Positions 1 to 7,978 of a stretch of DNA of 42,238 nt are shown piece by piece. The notes beneath the pieces are model-generated. The model was not told the origin of the DNA. It saw nothing but the letters and a program-made list of their open reading frames with translations, and did not search any database. Each line of letters starts with the position of its first letter. Position 1 is the first letter of the stretch. The stretch spans positions 1 to 42,238 of IMG/VR virus record IMGVR_UViG_3300028400_000001. One strand, given 5' to 3'. The translations under genes and the position numbers were made by a program. This DNA is from a virus (lineage: Duplodnaviria; Caudoviricetes).

Positions 1-127
1 GCCTATGCCTGAATTTGATCTTGTGCGGAAGCCTACAACTACTCTTGAATCGGAGATAGAAAATGGCGCATGAAATTGAGGAAAAACTCTACGCAGTGCG
101 TAATCCTTATGAACTTCAACCTTGGTT
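1..127 (+). repeat. 127-bp terminal direct repeat (copy at 42112-42238), probably an assembler circularisation overlap
   Basis: Identical sequence at both ends; it falls within coding sequence; 127 is a common assembly k-mer. Confidence 0.9.
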
Positions 128-395
128 CTTTCGCCATATGGAGGCTATGACTGCAGAGAATCTCCATTCCAAAGGTGATATTGCTATGGAGTTGGCATGG
201 AGAGATAAGCAGATTCACAACTTGAATAAGATTGTAAATGGACTGCTTACTTCGCTGGATGTGCAGCAGGCAAAGATTGACAGCCTCATGTTGGAGTACT
301 GTCCAGATGAAATGATCGAGGAGCAGCTTAGGGAGTGGAAGATGAGTCAATGCGGCACTTGTAGAAAAGAGAAGACGGAGAAACTAGATGTATAA
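63..395 (+). CDS. Conserved phage hypothetical protein
   Basis: GGAG RBS; motifs RHMEAMTAENLHSKGDIAMELAWRD and IDSLMLEYCPDEM resemble small proteins of proteobacterial phages. Confidence 0.7.
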   Translation: MAHEIEEKLYAVRNPYELQPWFFRHMEAMTAENLHSKGDIAMELAWRDKQIHNLNKIVNGLLTSLDVQQAKIDSLMLEYCPDEMIEEQLREWKMSQCGTCRKEKTEKLDV

Positions 396-540
396 AGTTC
401 TGGACTTTATCCCTTATCCTCCTTTCCTTTGGGAGAAGCCAAAGAGAAAAAACCTCAAACGTAAGCGCCCACGCCTGCGAACTAACCCTTACCGCAGATT
501 CTTAATTCCAATCCGCCCAAGAAAAGATAGGGAGAGATAA
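388..540 (+). CDS. Small Arg/Lys/Pro-rich protein (50 aa; not in the ORF track)
   Basis: GGAG at 377-380, ATG 388, TAA 538-540; fills the gap between flanking genes; MYKVLDFIPYPPFLWEKPKRKNLKRKRPRLR... Confidence 0.55.
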   Translation: MYKVLDFIPYPPFLWEKPKRKNLKRKRPRLRTNPYRRFLIPIRPRKDRER

Positions 541-543
541 AAC

Positions 544-1374
544 ATGCCCAACGCTAAAACCTCCTCAACTCAAGGCAAGCCTCGAATCCTTGCTCTCGGC
601 AACGCTGGGAGTGGGAAGACCACTCAAATTCTAACCCTCCCAGGGAAGAAGTTCATGTACCTATTCGACCCTAACGCTATCCTCTCCCTCCAGGGCTACG
701 ATGTGGAGTATGAGGAGTTCCTCCCTGATAAGCTCTCCCTCAAACTCACTTCCCTCTCAAAGGAAACTCAGAAGAAAATCCGCAATCCTAACAAGAACAA
801 AGGCGCTGAGCTCTACAACGCCTGGGAGGCAGATTTTGAGGAGAAGGTCTCGAGTGGCTTCTTCGACCAATTCGACGTGATAGGGATTGACTCAGGGACA
901 ACTCTCCTCGACCTAATCATGGATGGCGTACTCGCCCTCAATGGTAGAGGGGGACAGTGGCCTCAACAGGATGACTACGGCCCTCAAATGCTGGCCTTCC
1001 AAAATATAATGCGAACTCTAACCAGCATGGATAAGATCATCTACGTGACTGGCCATGTTGAGTTGAAGCAAGACGACCTCTCTAGGCGAATCTTTCTCCA
1101 ACCTCTTATGACTGGGAGACTTAAGACAAAGGTCCCACTTTTATTCTCTGAAACAGTACTCTTCGAGGTAGCATCTGACGGGAAGGGGCAGGTTAATTTC
1201 CTCGTGCAAACTCGCCCTGACCGCCTCGCTCCTATCGTCCGATGCTCTCTCAAAGAGGTAAGTTTTAAGGAAGATGTAACCATTGACTTCTCCAAACCTG
1301 TCGAAGGGCAGGGCTTTGGAGGGTTATTGGCTAGAGAAGGGAAGCTCTCTATTAAACCCAACCCTAACCAGTAG
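544..1374 (+). CDS. Sak4-like / AAA_24 ATPase (single-strand annealing recombinase)
   Basis: Walker A GNAGSGKT, Walker B VIGIDS, TGH motif; lies next to an SSB-like gene. Confidence 0.75.
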   Translation: MPNAKTSSTQGKPRILALGNAGSGKTTQILTLPGKKFMYLFDPNAILSLQGYDVEYEEFLPDKLSLKLTSLSKETQKKIRNPNKNKGAELYNAWEADFEEKVSSGFFDQFDVIGIDSGTTLLDLIMDGVLALNGRGGQWPQQDDYGPQMLAFQNIMRTLTSMDKIIYVTGHVELKQDDLSRRIFLQPLMTGRLKTKVPLLFSETVLFEVASDGKGQVNFLVQTRPDRLAPIVRCSLKEVSFKEDVTIDFSKPVEGQGFGGLLAREGKLSIKPNPNQ

Positions 1375-1404
1375 TACCAACTAACCTAACCAAGGAGTAA
1401 ACTC

Positions 1405-1821
1405 ATGGGTTATATCCAAGTAGCACTTGATGAAGCACAAGAAACGCAGCCGGTTGAGGAGGGGCAATACCCTCTGGTCATCGCCTACGTTGAGGAGAAG
1501 GAAAGCAAAGCTGGCTCTCCTATGATTGTAGTGGGCCATGAGATCGAAGGCGAACCCAACGCCGATATGGTCTATCACTACATCGTTCTCCCTACTGAGG
1601 ATGATGAACCGAAGACTCGGAACTTCAAACTCCTCAACCTCAAGCGGTACCTCACGCTGGCCGGCATTCCTTTCGACGACTCTGGCTTTGATACTGATGA
1701 GCTGCTGGGTACGCAGTTTGAAGGGTATCTGGCCAAGGAGGAGATCGAGCAGGAAGATCCTGAAGCACCTCCCGCTTTCCGTAACGTATTGAAGGTGCCG
1801 CGTATCAGCAACGAGGGATAA
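1405..1821 (+). CDS. DUF669-like ssDNA-binding protein
   Basis: PVEEGQY...ESKAGSPMI pattern; acidic; follows Sak4; AAGGAG RBS. Confidence 0.7.
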   Translation: MGYIQVALDEAQETQPVEEGQYPLVIAYVEEKESKAGSPMIVVGHEIEGEPNADMVYHYIVLPTEDDEPKTRNFKLLNLKRYLTLAGIPFDDSGFDTDELLGTQFEGYLAKEEIEQEDPEAPPAFRNVLKVPRISNEG

Positions 1822-1844
1822 TTAAGTAATATCCTGCAAACCTT

Positions 1845-1876
1845 GGGAGGGGGATTTCCTCCTCCCTCTCTTTTTC
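1845..1876 (+). terminator. Intrinsic terminator after ssb
   Basis: GGGAGGGGG/CCTCCTCCC stem followed by a T-rich tract. Confidence 0.6.
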
Positions 1877-1909
1877 CTTTATTTATTAAGAAAGCAAAGG
1901 AGTAAAAAC

Positions 1910-2152
1910 ATGGCTGACTTAAATGAAGCCTACAAGAAATTTAACTTCAGCATCGACCTTGATACAGATGCTAAGTTCAAACGCTACGTCCCTCGCGGTT
2001 TGCAATCTCAAGTAATGCAAGCTCTCGTTGAGACCTTCCTCTCCTTTGCCGAGAAAAAGGGAGCAGTTGCTACTCATCTTCTTCTTGGCAACGAGGTAAC
2101 TATTGTCCAAATTTCGGACAGCAGTGCCGAGGGTTATCCCTCTACTAAATAA
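1910..2152 (+). CDS. Putative ribbon-helix-helix DNA-binding protein
   Basis: Alternating strand KKFNFSID, then helix-G-x-x-S-helix; strong RBS. Confidence 0.5.
   Translation: MADLNEAYKKFNFSIDLDTDAKFKRYVPRGLQSQVMQALVETFLSFAEKKGAVATHLLLGNEVTIVQISDSSAEGYPSTK
2104..2120. promoter_or_regulatory. Dispersed palindrome copy 1 (TGTCCAAATTTCGGACA)
   Basis: One of 8 related 17-bp dyads; inside CDS 1910-2152. Confidence 0.75.
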
Positions 2153-2167
2153 AATGGGACTCCCCAC

Positions 2168-2413
2168 ATGGCCCAACAACTCTCTCAACTAATCCCTGAC
2201 TTCCTCCTAATGACTTATGAGGAGAAGCTCCAGGTAATCGAACGCATCCGCTACCATAAATATGTCTCCAAACCTTCTTACACTAAGAAGAAAACTAAAC
2301 AAACTCTTGCCAAGAAAAAGACTCAGAAGAAGAAAGAAGATAAGAAGGTCAAGGACTTAATGAAACAACTCTCTCCAGAACAAATCGCTGCACTTTTGAA
2401 GGAGCTTAACTAA
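2168..2413 (+). CDS. Basic hypothetical protein with C-terminal helical hairpin motif
   Basis: Lys-rich; ends KVKDLMKQLSPEQIAALLKEL. Confidence 0.65.
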   Translation: MAQQLSQLIPDFLLMTYEEKLQVIERIRYHKYVSKPSYTKKKTKQTLAKKKTQKKKEDKKVKDLMKQLSPEQIAALLKELN

Positions 2414-2415
2414 CA

Positions 2416-3810
2416 ATGGCAGAACTTGATGATGTTAAAGATTCTAAAGAAAGCAAAATAATCCCCAAAGGAGAACTCCGCACTGTCCCTATTAAAGATA
2501 TCAAAGTCTCCGCTCGTTTCCGAAAGGAATATGGTGACTTGGATGAGCTTTGTGAGTCAATCAAGGAACATGGAATCATCCAACCCATCTCCCTAAACCG
2601 TGATCTGGAACTTGCTGCTGGAGGAAGAAGGTACGCCGCAGCAGTAATGGCTGGGCTTACTGAAATCCCTGCTCTAATCCGTGACACAGTTGACCAGATC
2701 GATAAGCTGGAGATTGAACTCTTCGAGAACATCCACCGGAAGGATATGGAGTGGGCGGAAGAGGTGGCCCTCACCAAGGCAATCAATGACTTGTACCTTT
2801 CCAAGTATGGGAAAGATTGGAGTGGGAGGAAAACTGCTCAACTCCTCGGGAAGAGTACTGGTGGGGTGGCAGATAATATCAAACTCGCTAAGGCAATCGA
2901 GGAAGTCCCTGAGCTCGCCAAGTGCAAAAACAAACACGAGGCAACGAAGCTCCTCAAGAAAGTAGAAAAAGCACAAGTTATTGAGGAGCTTGCTAAGCAA
3001 CAAGAGGAGAGAATTAAAAAAGAAAAAGCCCAAGGGATTGACCAACTTGCCCGAGCTGATGCTAACTTCCGTATCGGCGACTGCTTTGAAGGATTGGAGG
3101 AGACTATCTCCCTCTTCAAGGAAATGGGAAGGGCAAGCAACATCTACCTCATCGAAGTCGACCCTCCTTACGCTATTGACCTCCAGGACCTCAAGCAACA
3201 AAAGGGGGTAACAGATGCCAACCTCGAAAAGTACAAAGAGATCTCTCGAGAAAACTACCCTACTTTCCTTAACAGACTCGCTACCCTCCTCTATAAAGTC
3301 GCCGCACCAGATTCTTGGGTTGTGTTCTGGTTTGGACCTACTTGGTTTTGTGAAGTTAAATCTGCACTTGTCGATGCAGGATTTAATGTGGATGATATTC
3401 CTGCGATCTGGATCAAAGGTAGTGAGGATAGTGAAGGCCACGGACAAACAAATCAGCCGAAGTATTATCTTGGAAGAGCTTATGAACCATTCTTCATCGC
3501 AAGGAAAGGTTCTCCTGAAATTCAAAAGCAGGGAAGGCCAAATACGTTTTCGTTTAGGCCTGTGCCTCCTAATCTTAAGTATCATCCAACACAACGACCT
3601 ATTGACCTCATATCGGAAATCCTTACTACCTTCGCTTCGCCAGGAAGTACAGTCCTTGTACCTTTCCTTGGCTCGGGAGCTACACTGAGGGCTGCGTATA
3701 AGTGTAAAATGAATGCCTTTGGTTGGGAGTTGAATGAGCATAATAAGCAGCACTTTATGCTTGCCATTGAAGCAGATATGAAAGCAGAGGAGATGAGAAA
3801 TGAAGAGTGA
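2416..3810 (+). CDS. ParB N-terminal domain + HTH + beta-class N6/N4 DNA methyltransferase fusion
   Basis: ParB: SIKEHGIIQPI, AGGRR, EN-x-x-R; HTH WSGRKTAQLLGKSTGGV; MTase DPPY, HPTQRP, PFLGSG. Confidence 0.88.
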   Translation: MAELDDVKDSKESKIIPKGELRTVPIKDIKVSARFRKEYGDLDELCESIKEHGIIQPISLNRDLELAAGGRRYAAAVMAGLTEIPALIRDTVDQIDKLEIELFENIHRKDMEWAEEVALTKAINDLYLSKYGKDWSGRKTAQLLGKSTGGVADNIKLAKAIEEVPELAKCKNKHEATKLLKKVEKAQVIEELAKQQEERIKKEKAQGIDQLARADANFRIGDCFEGLEETISLFKEMGRASNIYLIEVDPPYAIDLQDLKQQKGVTDANLEKYKEISRENYPTFLNRLATLLYKVAAPDSWVVFWFGPTWFCEVKSALVDAGFNVDDIPAIWIKGSEDSEGHGQTNQPKYYLGRAYEPFFIARKGSPEIQKQGRPNTFSFRPVPPNLKYHPTQRPIDLISEILTTFASPGSTVLVPFLGSGATLRAAYKCKMNAFGWELNEHNKQHFMLAIEADMKAEEMRNEE

Positions 3811-4234
3811 GAATGCTAGTGATGTGTTTCCTATCGAGTCTGATCCTCATGAAGGTAAGCCCTTTATCTACCTCGCTTGCCCTTACACTCCTGTTGGTAA
3901 TACTGAGAGTAATGTAAAGGAGTACCGTTTTGAGATAGTAACTCGTATCACTGCCGACTTCATCAAACGAGGGAATTTGATCTACTCTCCTATCACTTAC
4001 ACTCACCCTATTGCTAAGGTTAACTCTTACATTCATCATGAAGAGTACCTCAACCTTGACTTATTCTTCCTCAAACGTGCTGATATATTGATGGTTGCCT
4101 GTCTGCCTGGATGGGAAGATTCTCAAGGAGTTAAAAAGGAAATCCAAATAGCCAAAGATTTGGGTAAGGGAATTATCTACCTTGATACATATCTCTACGA
4201 AGAAGAGATGCGAGCATTGGGGAAGAAAAAATGA
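3800..4234 (+). CDS. DUF1937 / nucleoside 2-deoxyribosyltransferase-like protein
   Basis: IYLACPY, YSPI-x-x-x-H, LPGWEDS-x-GV-x-x-E motifs. Confidence 0.75.
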   Translation: MKSENASDVFPIESDPHEGKPFIYLACPYTPVGNTESNVKEYRFEIVTRITADFIKRGNLIYSPITYTHPIAKVNSYIHHEEYLNLDLFFLKRADILMVACLPGWEDSQGVKKEIQIAKDLGKGIIYLDTYLYEEEMRALGKKK

Positions 4235-5289
4235 GCTTCCTACCTCCACAAAGCAATCAAAGCAATCAATCTAACTGGGGAAGTGGCGGCAGTTCTGTCC
4301 CTCCCGAAGGTGACCCTTCCAAGGCAAAGATCTGCATCGTCGGTGAGGCTCCTGGTGCGTTCGAGGTAAAGGCTGGCCAACCTTTCGTTGGACCCGCTGG
4401 GAGAGTCCTCGAACAGTGCCTACACGGAGCAGGAATAATTCGAGGAGAGCTCTATATAACTAACCTAATCAAACACAAGATCTCCAACATCGAGAAATAC
4501 TATAACTCTCGAAAGAAGGAGCTCACTCCTCTTGGAGAGAAACACCAAGCCTCCCTCTTGGAAGAACTTGAACAAGTAAATGCCGACATTGTAATCCCTC
4601 TCGGCAACCCTGCAACTCATGCCATACTCGGGAAGAGCGGTATCATGAACTTACGTGGATACTTGTTCACTTCTGATCTCCTCCCTGGAAGGAAGATCCT
4701 CCCTACTATCCATCCCTCTGCAGCCATTCGCGGCAACTACATCTATCGTCACTACATAACTGCAGACCTCCGAAAGGCAAGTGAATGTGTAGGGAAGGAA
4801 CTCAATGAAATCTGGCCTGAAACTTCTATAAATATCCCTGACACTTTCGCCGAGGCCGAGGCTTACCTTACCCTGCTCAAAGAGTGCGATGTACTCTCTA
4901 TTGACATTGAGGTGATTAACTTTGAGGTAAGCTGCATTGGCTTCTCCCCCAAACCTAACGAGGCTTATGTTATCCCCTTCTACCACTCCCCTAACCCAAA
5001 GTGGACTGTAGATGAGGAACTCCATCTATGGACTCTCGTTGCAGATATAATGGGAGATGAGGACATTATCAAGATTGGACAGAATTTCATCTTCGACATG
5101 CAGTTCCTCGCACTTCGTAATAATATCTTAACTCGAGGTAAGATCTGGGACACGATGATAATGCACTCACTCATCCTCCCAGACTTCCCTAAGTCCCTCG
5201 AATTTCTTGTATCCCTCCATACTAATCGCCCGCACTGGAAAGGGATGGTGAGTTGGAAGAAAGCTGATATGATTAAAGGAGATAGCTAA
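4231..5289 (+). CDS. Family-4-like uracil-DNA glycosylase fused to the N-terminal part of a PolA 3'-5' exonuclease
   Basis: GEAPG-x-x-E, PFVG-x-AG, TN, HPSA; ExoI SIDIE, ExoII GQNFIFD, DTMIMH. Confidence 0.88.
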   Translation: MSFLPPQSNQSNQSNWGSGGSSVPPEGDPSKAKICIVGEAPGAFEVKAGQPFVGPAGRVLEQCLHGAGIIRGELYITNLIKHKISNIEKYYNSRKKELTPLGEKHQASLLEELEQVNADIVIPLGNPATHAILGKSGIMNLRGYLFTSDLLPGRKILPTIHPSAAIRGNYIYRHYITADLRKASECVGKELNEIWPETSINIPDTFAEAEAYLTLLKECDVLSIDIEVINFEVSCIGFSPKPNEAYVIPFYHSPNPKWTVDEELHLWTLVADIMGDEDIIKIGQNFIFDMQFLALRNNILTRGKIWDTMIMHSLILPDFPKSLEFLVSLHTNRPHWKGMVSWKKADMIKGDS

Positions 5290-6428
5290 TGGCTAACAAC
5301 ATTGAACTCTCCAAAGACCAAGAGCAAGCTCTTGAGGCTATGCTCAACTGGTATAATAACCGTGACCCTTCCAATAAACAGCAGCAAGTTTTCTACCTCG
5401 CTGGCTGGGCCGGAACGGGGAAGACAACTCTTGCTAACATATTCACCCAATCCCTCCCATCTAACCATCGTATCCTCTACGCCTCCTTCACCGGGAAGGC
5501 CGCTCTCCGAATGCGACAAGCAGGAATGCGTGGCGCGCAGACTCTCCACTCTCTCATCTACCACGTGGAAACAGGGAAGGGAGGTAAGCCAATCTTCACT
5601 CTTAACTATGGGAGTGAGTTGAGGAAGGCCAACCTGCTAATCCTCGATGAGTGTTCGATGGTAGGGAAGGAGCTTGGGGAGGATGTACTTTCCTTCGGTA
5701 CTCCCATCTTAATCCTCGGTGACCAAGGGCAGCTCCCTCCTGTGAAGGGAACCGGATTCTTCACTGGGCGAAAGCCTAACGCTACACTCTCTGAAGTCCA
5801 TCGGCAAGCTCTCGAAAACCCTATCATCCAATTTGCAACTGATATTCGTCTCGGAAAACCTATCAAGAAATATCGTGATGATAACTTAATAGTGTATGCT
5901 AACAAGGATCTCGTCGATGAGTATATCACTCAAGTAGATCAAATCCTTGTTGGGTCAAACAAAACTCGCCGTGCAATCAATGCTAGGATGAGGGAAGAGT
6001 TCAACCACCTCGGCCCTTACCCTGAGGCTGGGGAGAGGGTAATCTGCCTCCGCAATAACCGAAGGGAGAAGATCTTCAACGGGATGATAGGTACTCTCGA
6101 AACTGACGCTTACTTTGAGAAGGAGATAATGTACTTGGACTTCGTTGATGAGGAGGGGAACCTCTACCAAGTCAATGCTCACCCTGAAGGATTCCAAGAC
6201 GATGATCTCCTTAACAAAATGGACTGGGAGTATAAGAAACTTTATAACGAGTTCACTTACGGTTATGCTATAACTGTCCATAAATCTCAGGGCTCCCAGT
6301 GGGATAGTGTTATGATTCTCGATGATGGGTTTCTTATCTGGGACAAACCTAACCGGAAGCGATGGCTTTACACTGCTGTAACTCGTGCAGCGGAGAAGCT
6401 GATCTACGCCAAGAGGAGTAAAAGATAA
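5289..6428 (+). CDS. RecD/Dda-like SF1B DNA helicase
   Basis: GWAGTGKT, FTGKAA, DECSM, GDQGQLPPV, HRQA, YAITVHKSQGS, YTAVTRA. Confidence 0.92.
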   Translation: MANNIELSKDQEQALEAMLNWYNNRDPSNKQQQVFYLAGWAGTGKTTLANIFTQSLPSNHRILYASFTGKAALRMRQAGMRGAQTLHSLIYHVETGKGGKPIFTLNYGSELRKANLLILDECSMVGKELGEDVLSFGTPILILGDQGQLPPVKGTGFFTGRKPNATLSEVHRQALENPIIQFATDIRLGKPIKKYRDDNLIVYANKDLVDEYITQVDQILVGSNKTRRAINARMREEFNHLGPYPEAGERVICLRNNRREKIFNGMIGTLETDAYFEKEIMYLDFVDEEGNLYQVNAHPEGFQDDDLLNKMDWEYKKLYNEFTYGYAITVHKSQGSQWDSVMILDDGFLIWDKPNRKRWLYTAVTRAAEKLIYAKRSKR

Positions 6429-7978
6429 TGGATAGAGTTGTCCTTGAATACAATGGGCTGGATGTGATTAACACCCTAGACGTGTATGAGAACATCTTGC
6501 CCCACCTCGATGAGAGGTATATTACTACCTATCAATTCACTGAACGACTCCTTGAACCTCTCATGTATATGATGACGAGAGGGGTGCTGGTGGATGTAGA
6601 GAGGTTAGAAAAGGTTAAGGAGGAAACTGACAAGAAGATAATTGTAAAACAACAAGCCCTTAACGAGCTTGCAGGGGAGGAACTCAATCCAAACTCCCCC
6701 AAGCAACTCAAGGAATACTTCTACATTAAGAAGGGAATCCCTCCTTACACCAAGCGTTCTAGCACAGGGAGTACAACTATAACCGTTGATGATAAAGCTC
6801 TCCAGCGAATTGCTCGAGGAACTTCCTCCCGGCCTGGACTTCCTGAGGCTAAGCTCATTCAAGAAATCCGCGCATTGAAGAAGCTCTCCGGTACCTACCT
6901 TGACCTGGACTTGGACAAGGACAAGCGCTTCCGATGCTCCTACAATCCTCGAGGGACAAAGTTCGGACGACTCTCATCATCTAAGACAATCTTCGGCACA
7001 GGGATGAATATGCAGAATCTCCCTTATGTGTTCAAGCAGTTCCTCATTGCTGATCCTAATTATCTCATGTTCGAGATTGACAAAGCAAAGGCTGAGTGGG
7101 TAGTGGTTGCTTATGCCTCCGGGGATCAGAACATGATAAGGGTAATTGAGGAAGGTCTTGACCCCCACATCCACACTGCCCATCTCATGACTGATATTGA
7201 CCCGGAGATTATCAAGGAAGATGAGGAGGCTATTGGGCACTTAACTGATGCGACAGAGATTGCTCGCATACGAAAGGAGCTTGCCTCCAAATCTCCCGCT
7301 ATCCGTAAGGCATTTGAGGAAGCAAGCTTCATCCCTCGTACAATGTCTATTCGGCAGTGCGGGAAGAAATCAAACCACGGGCTCAACTACGATGAGGGCT
7401 ATCGAACCTTCGCTCTCACTAACGAAATGCTTGAGGCGGAAGCGAAGAAGATCATCCACCTCTACAAGCACAAGGCTTACCCCGGTATTCCAAAGTGGCA
7501 TAAGTCAATCCAGGAGAAGCTCCGCCATGACCGTACTTTAGTTAACTGTTTCGGGAGGACTTACAAGTTCCTTGGCGCATGGGATCAGGACTTATTCAAG
7601 GCTGCCTACGCTTTCATCCCTCAAAGCACTGTTGCTGACCTTGTTAACTATGGAGTGAGTGATAGTTACTACGATACTAAATTCCCTATGAATCTGGTTG
7701 AACTCCTAGGCCAAGTCCACGACTCTATCTTAGGGCAATATCCACTTGGCAACCCGAAGAGCTTCCAAACTTTCCTCATGGCCGCTCGCGCTATGCAGAG
7801 AGTTGCTAAGTATATGAATAGAGAGATGGAGTACTCTGGCCGAACTTTCTATATTGACAACGACATGAAAGTTGGCAATGTATGGGCAGGATTGAAGGAA
7901 GTAAACCTCAACGCATCCGAAGCAAACCTAGCAAAAGAACTCGAAGGGGTATATAATGAGCTCAGAGCGGGAGCTTGA
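6428..7978 (+). CDS. polA: Family A DNA polymerase, C-terminal subunit (ExoIII + polymerase domain)
   Basis: YNGLD (ExoIII), NPNSPKQL, GRLSS, NMQN, motif A DKAKAE, motif B RQCGKKSNHGLNY, motif C VHDS. Confidence 0.92.
   Translation: MDRVVLEYNGLDVINTLDVYENILPHLDERYITTYQFTERLLEPLMYMMTRGVLVDVERLEKVKEETDKKIIVKQQALNELAGEELNPNSPKQLKEYFYIKKGIPPYTKRSSTGSTTITVDDKALQRIARGTSSRPGLPEAKLIQEIRALKKLSGTYLDLDLDKDKRFRCSYNPRGTKFGRLSSSKTIFGTGMNMQNLPYVFKQFLIADPNYLMFEIDKAKAEWVVVAYASGDQNMIRVIEEGLDPHIHTAHLMTDIDPEIIKEDEEAIGHLTDATEIARIRKELASKSPAIRKAFEEASFIPRTMSIRQCGKKSNHGLNYDEGYRTFALTNEMLEAEAKKIIHLYKHKAYPGIPKWHKSIQEKLRHDRTLVNCFGRTYKFLGAWDQDLFKAAYAFIPQSTVADLVNYGVSDSYYDTKFPMNLVELLGQVHDSILGQYPLGNPKSFQTFLMAARAMQRVAKYMNREMEYSGRTFYIDNDMKVGNVWAGLKEVNLNASEANLAKELEGVYNELRAGA

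Noticed and set aside
2416-3000. Plasmid-prophage partition system
   Set aside because: No ParA/ParM or plasmid Rep recognised; the ATPase at 544 is Sak4-like rather than a deviant Walker A ParA
2674-3753. 359-aa antisense ORF (also 39797-40543, 32615-33280, 23733-24410 and similar)
   Set aside because: Each lies opposite a well-supported gene and has no recognisable motifs
5280-6440. Intron or split intein in polA
   Set aside because: No noncoding flanks for a ribozyme core, no intein terminal residues, and each ORF has its own RBS
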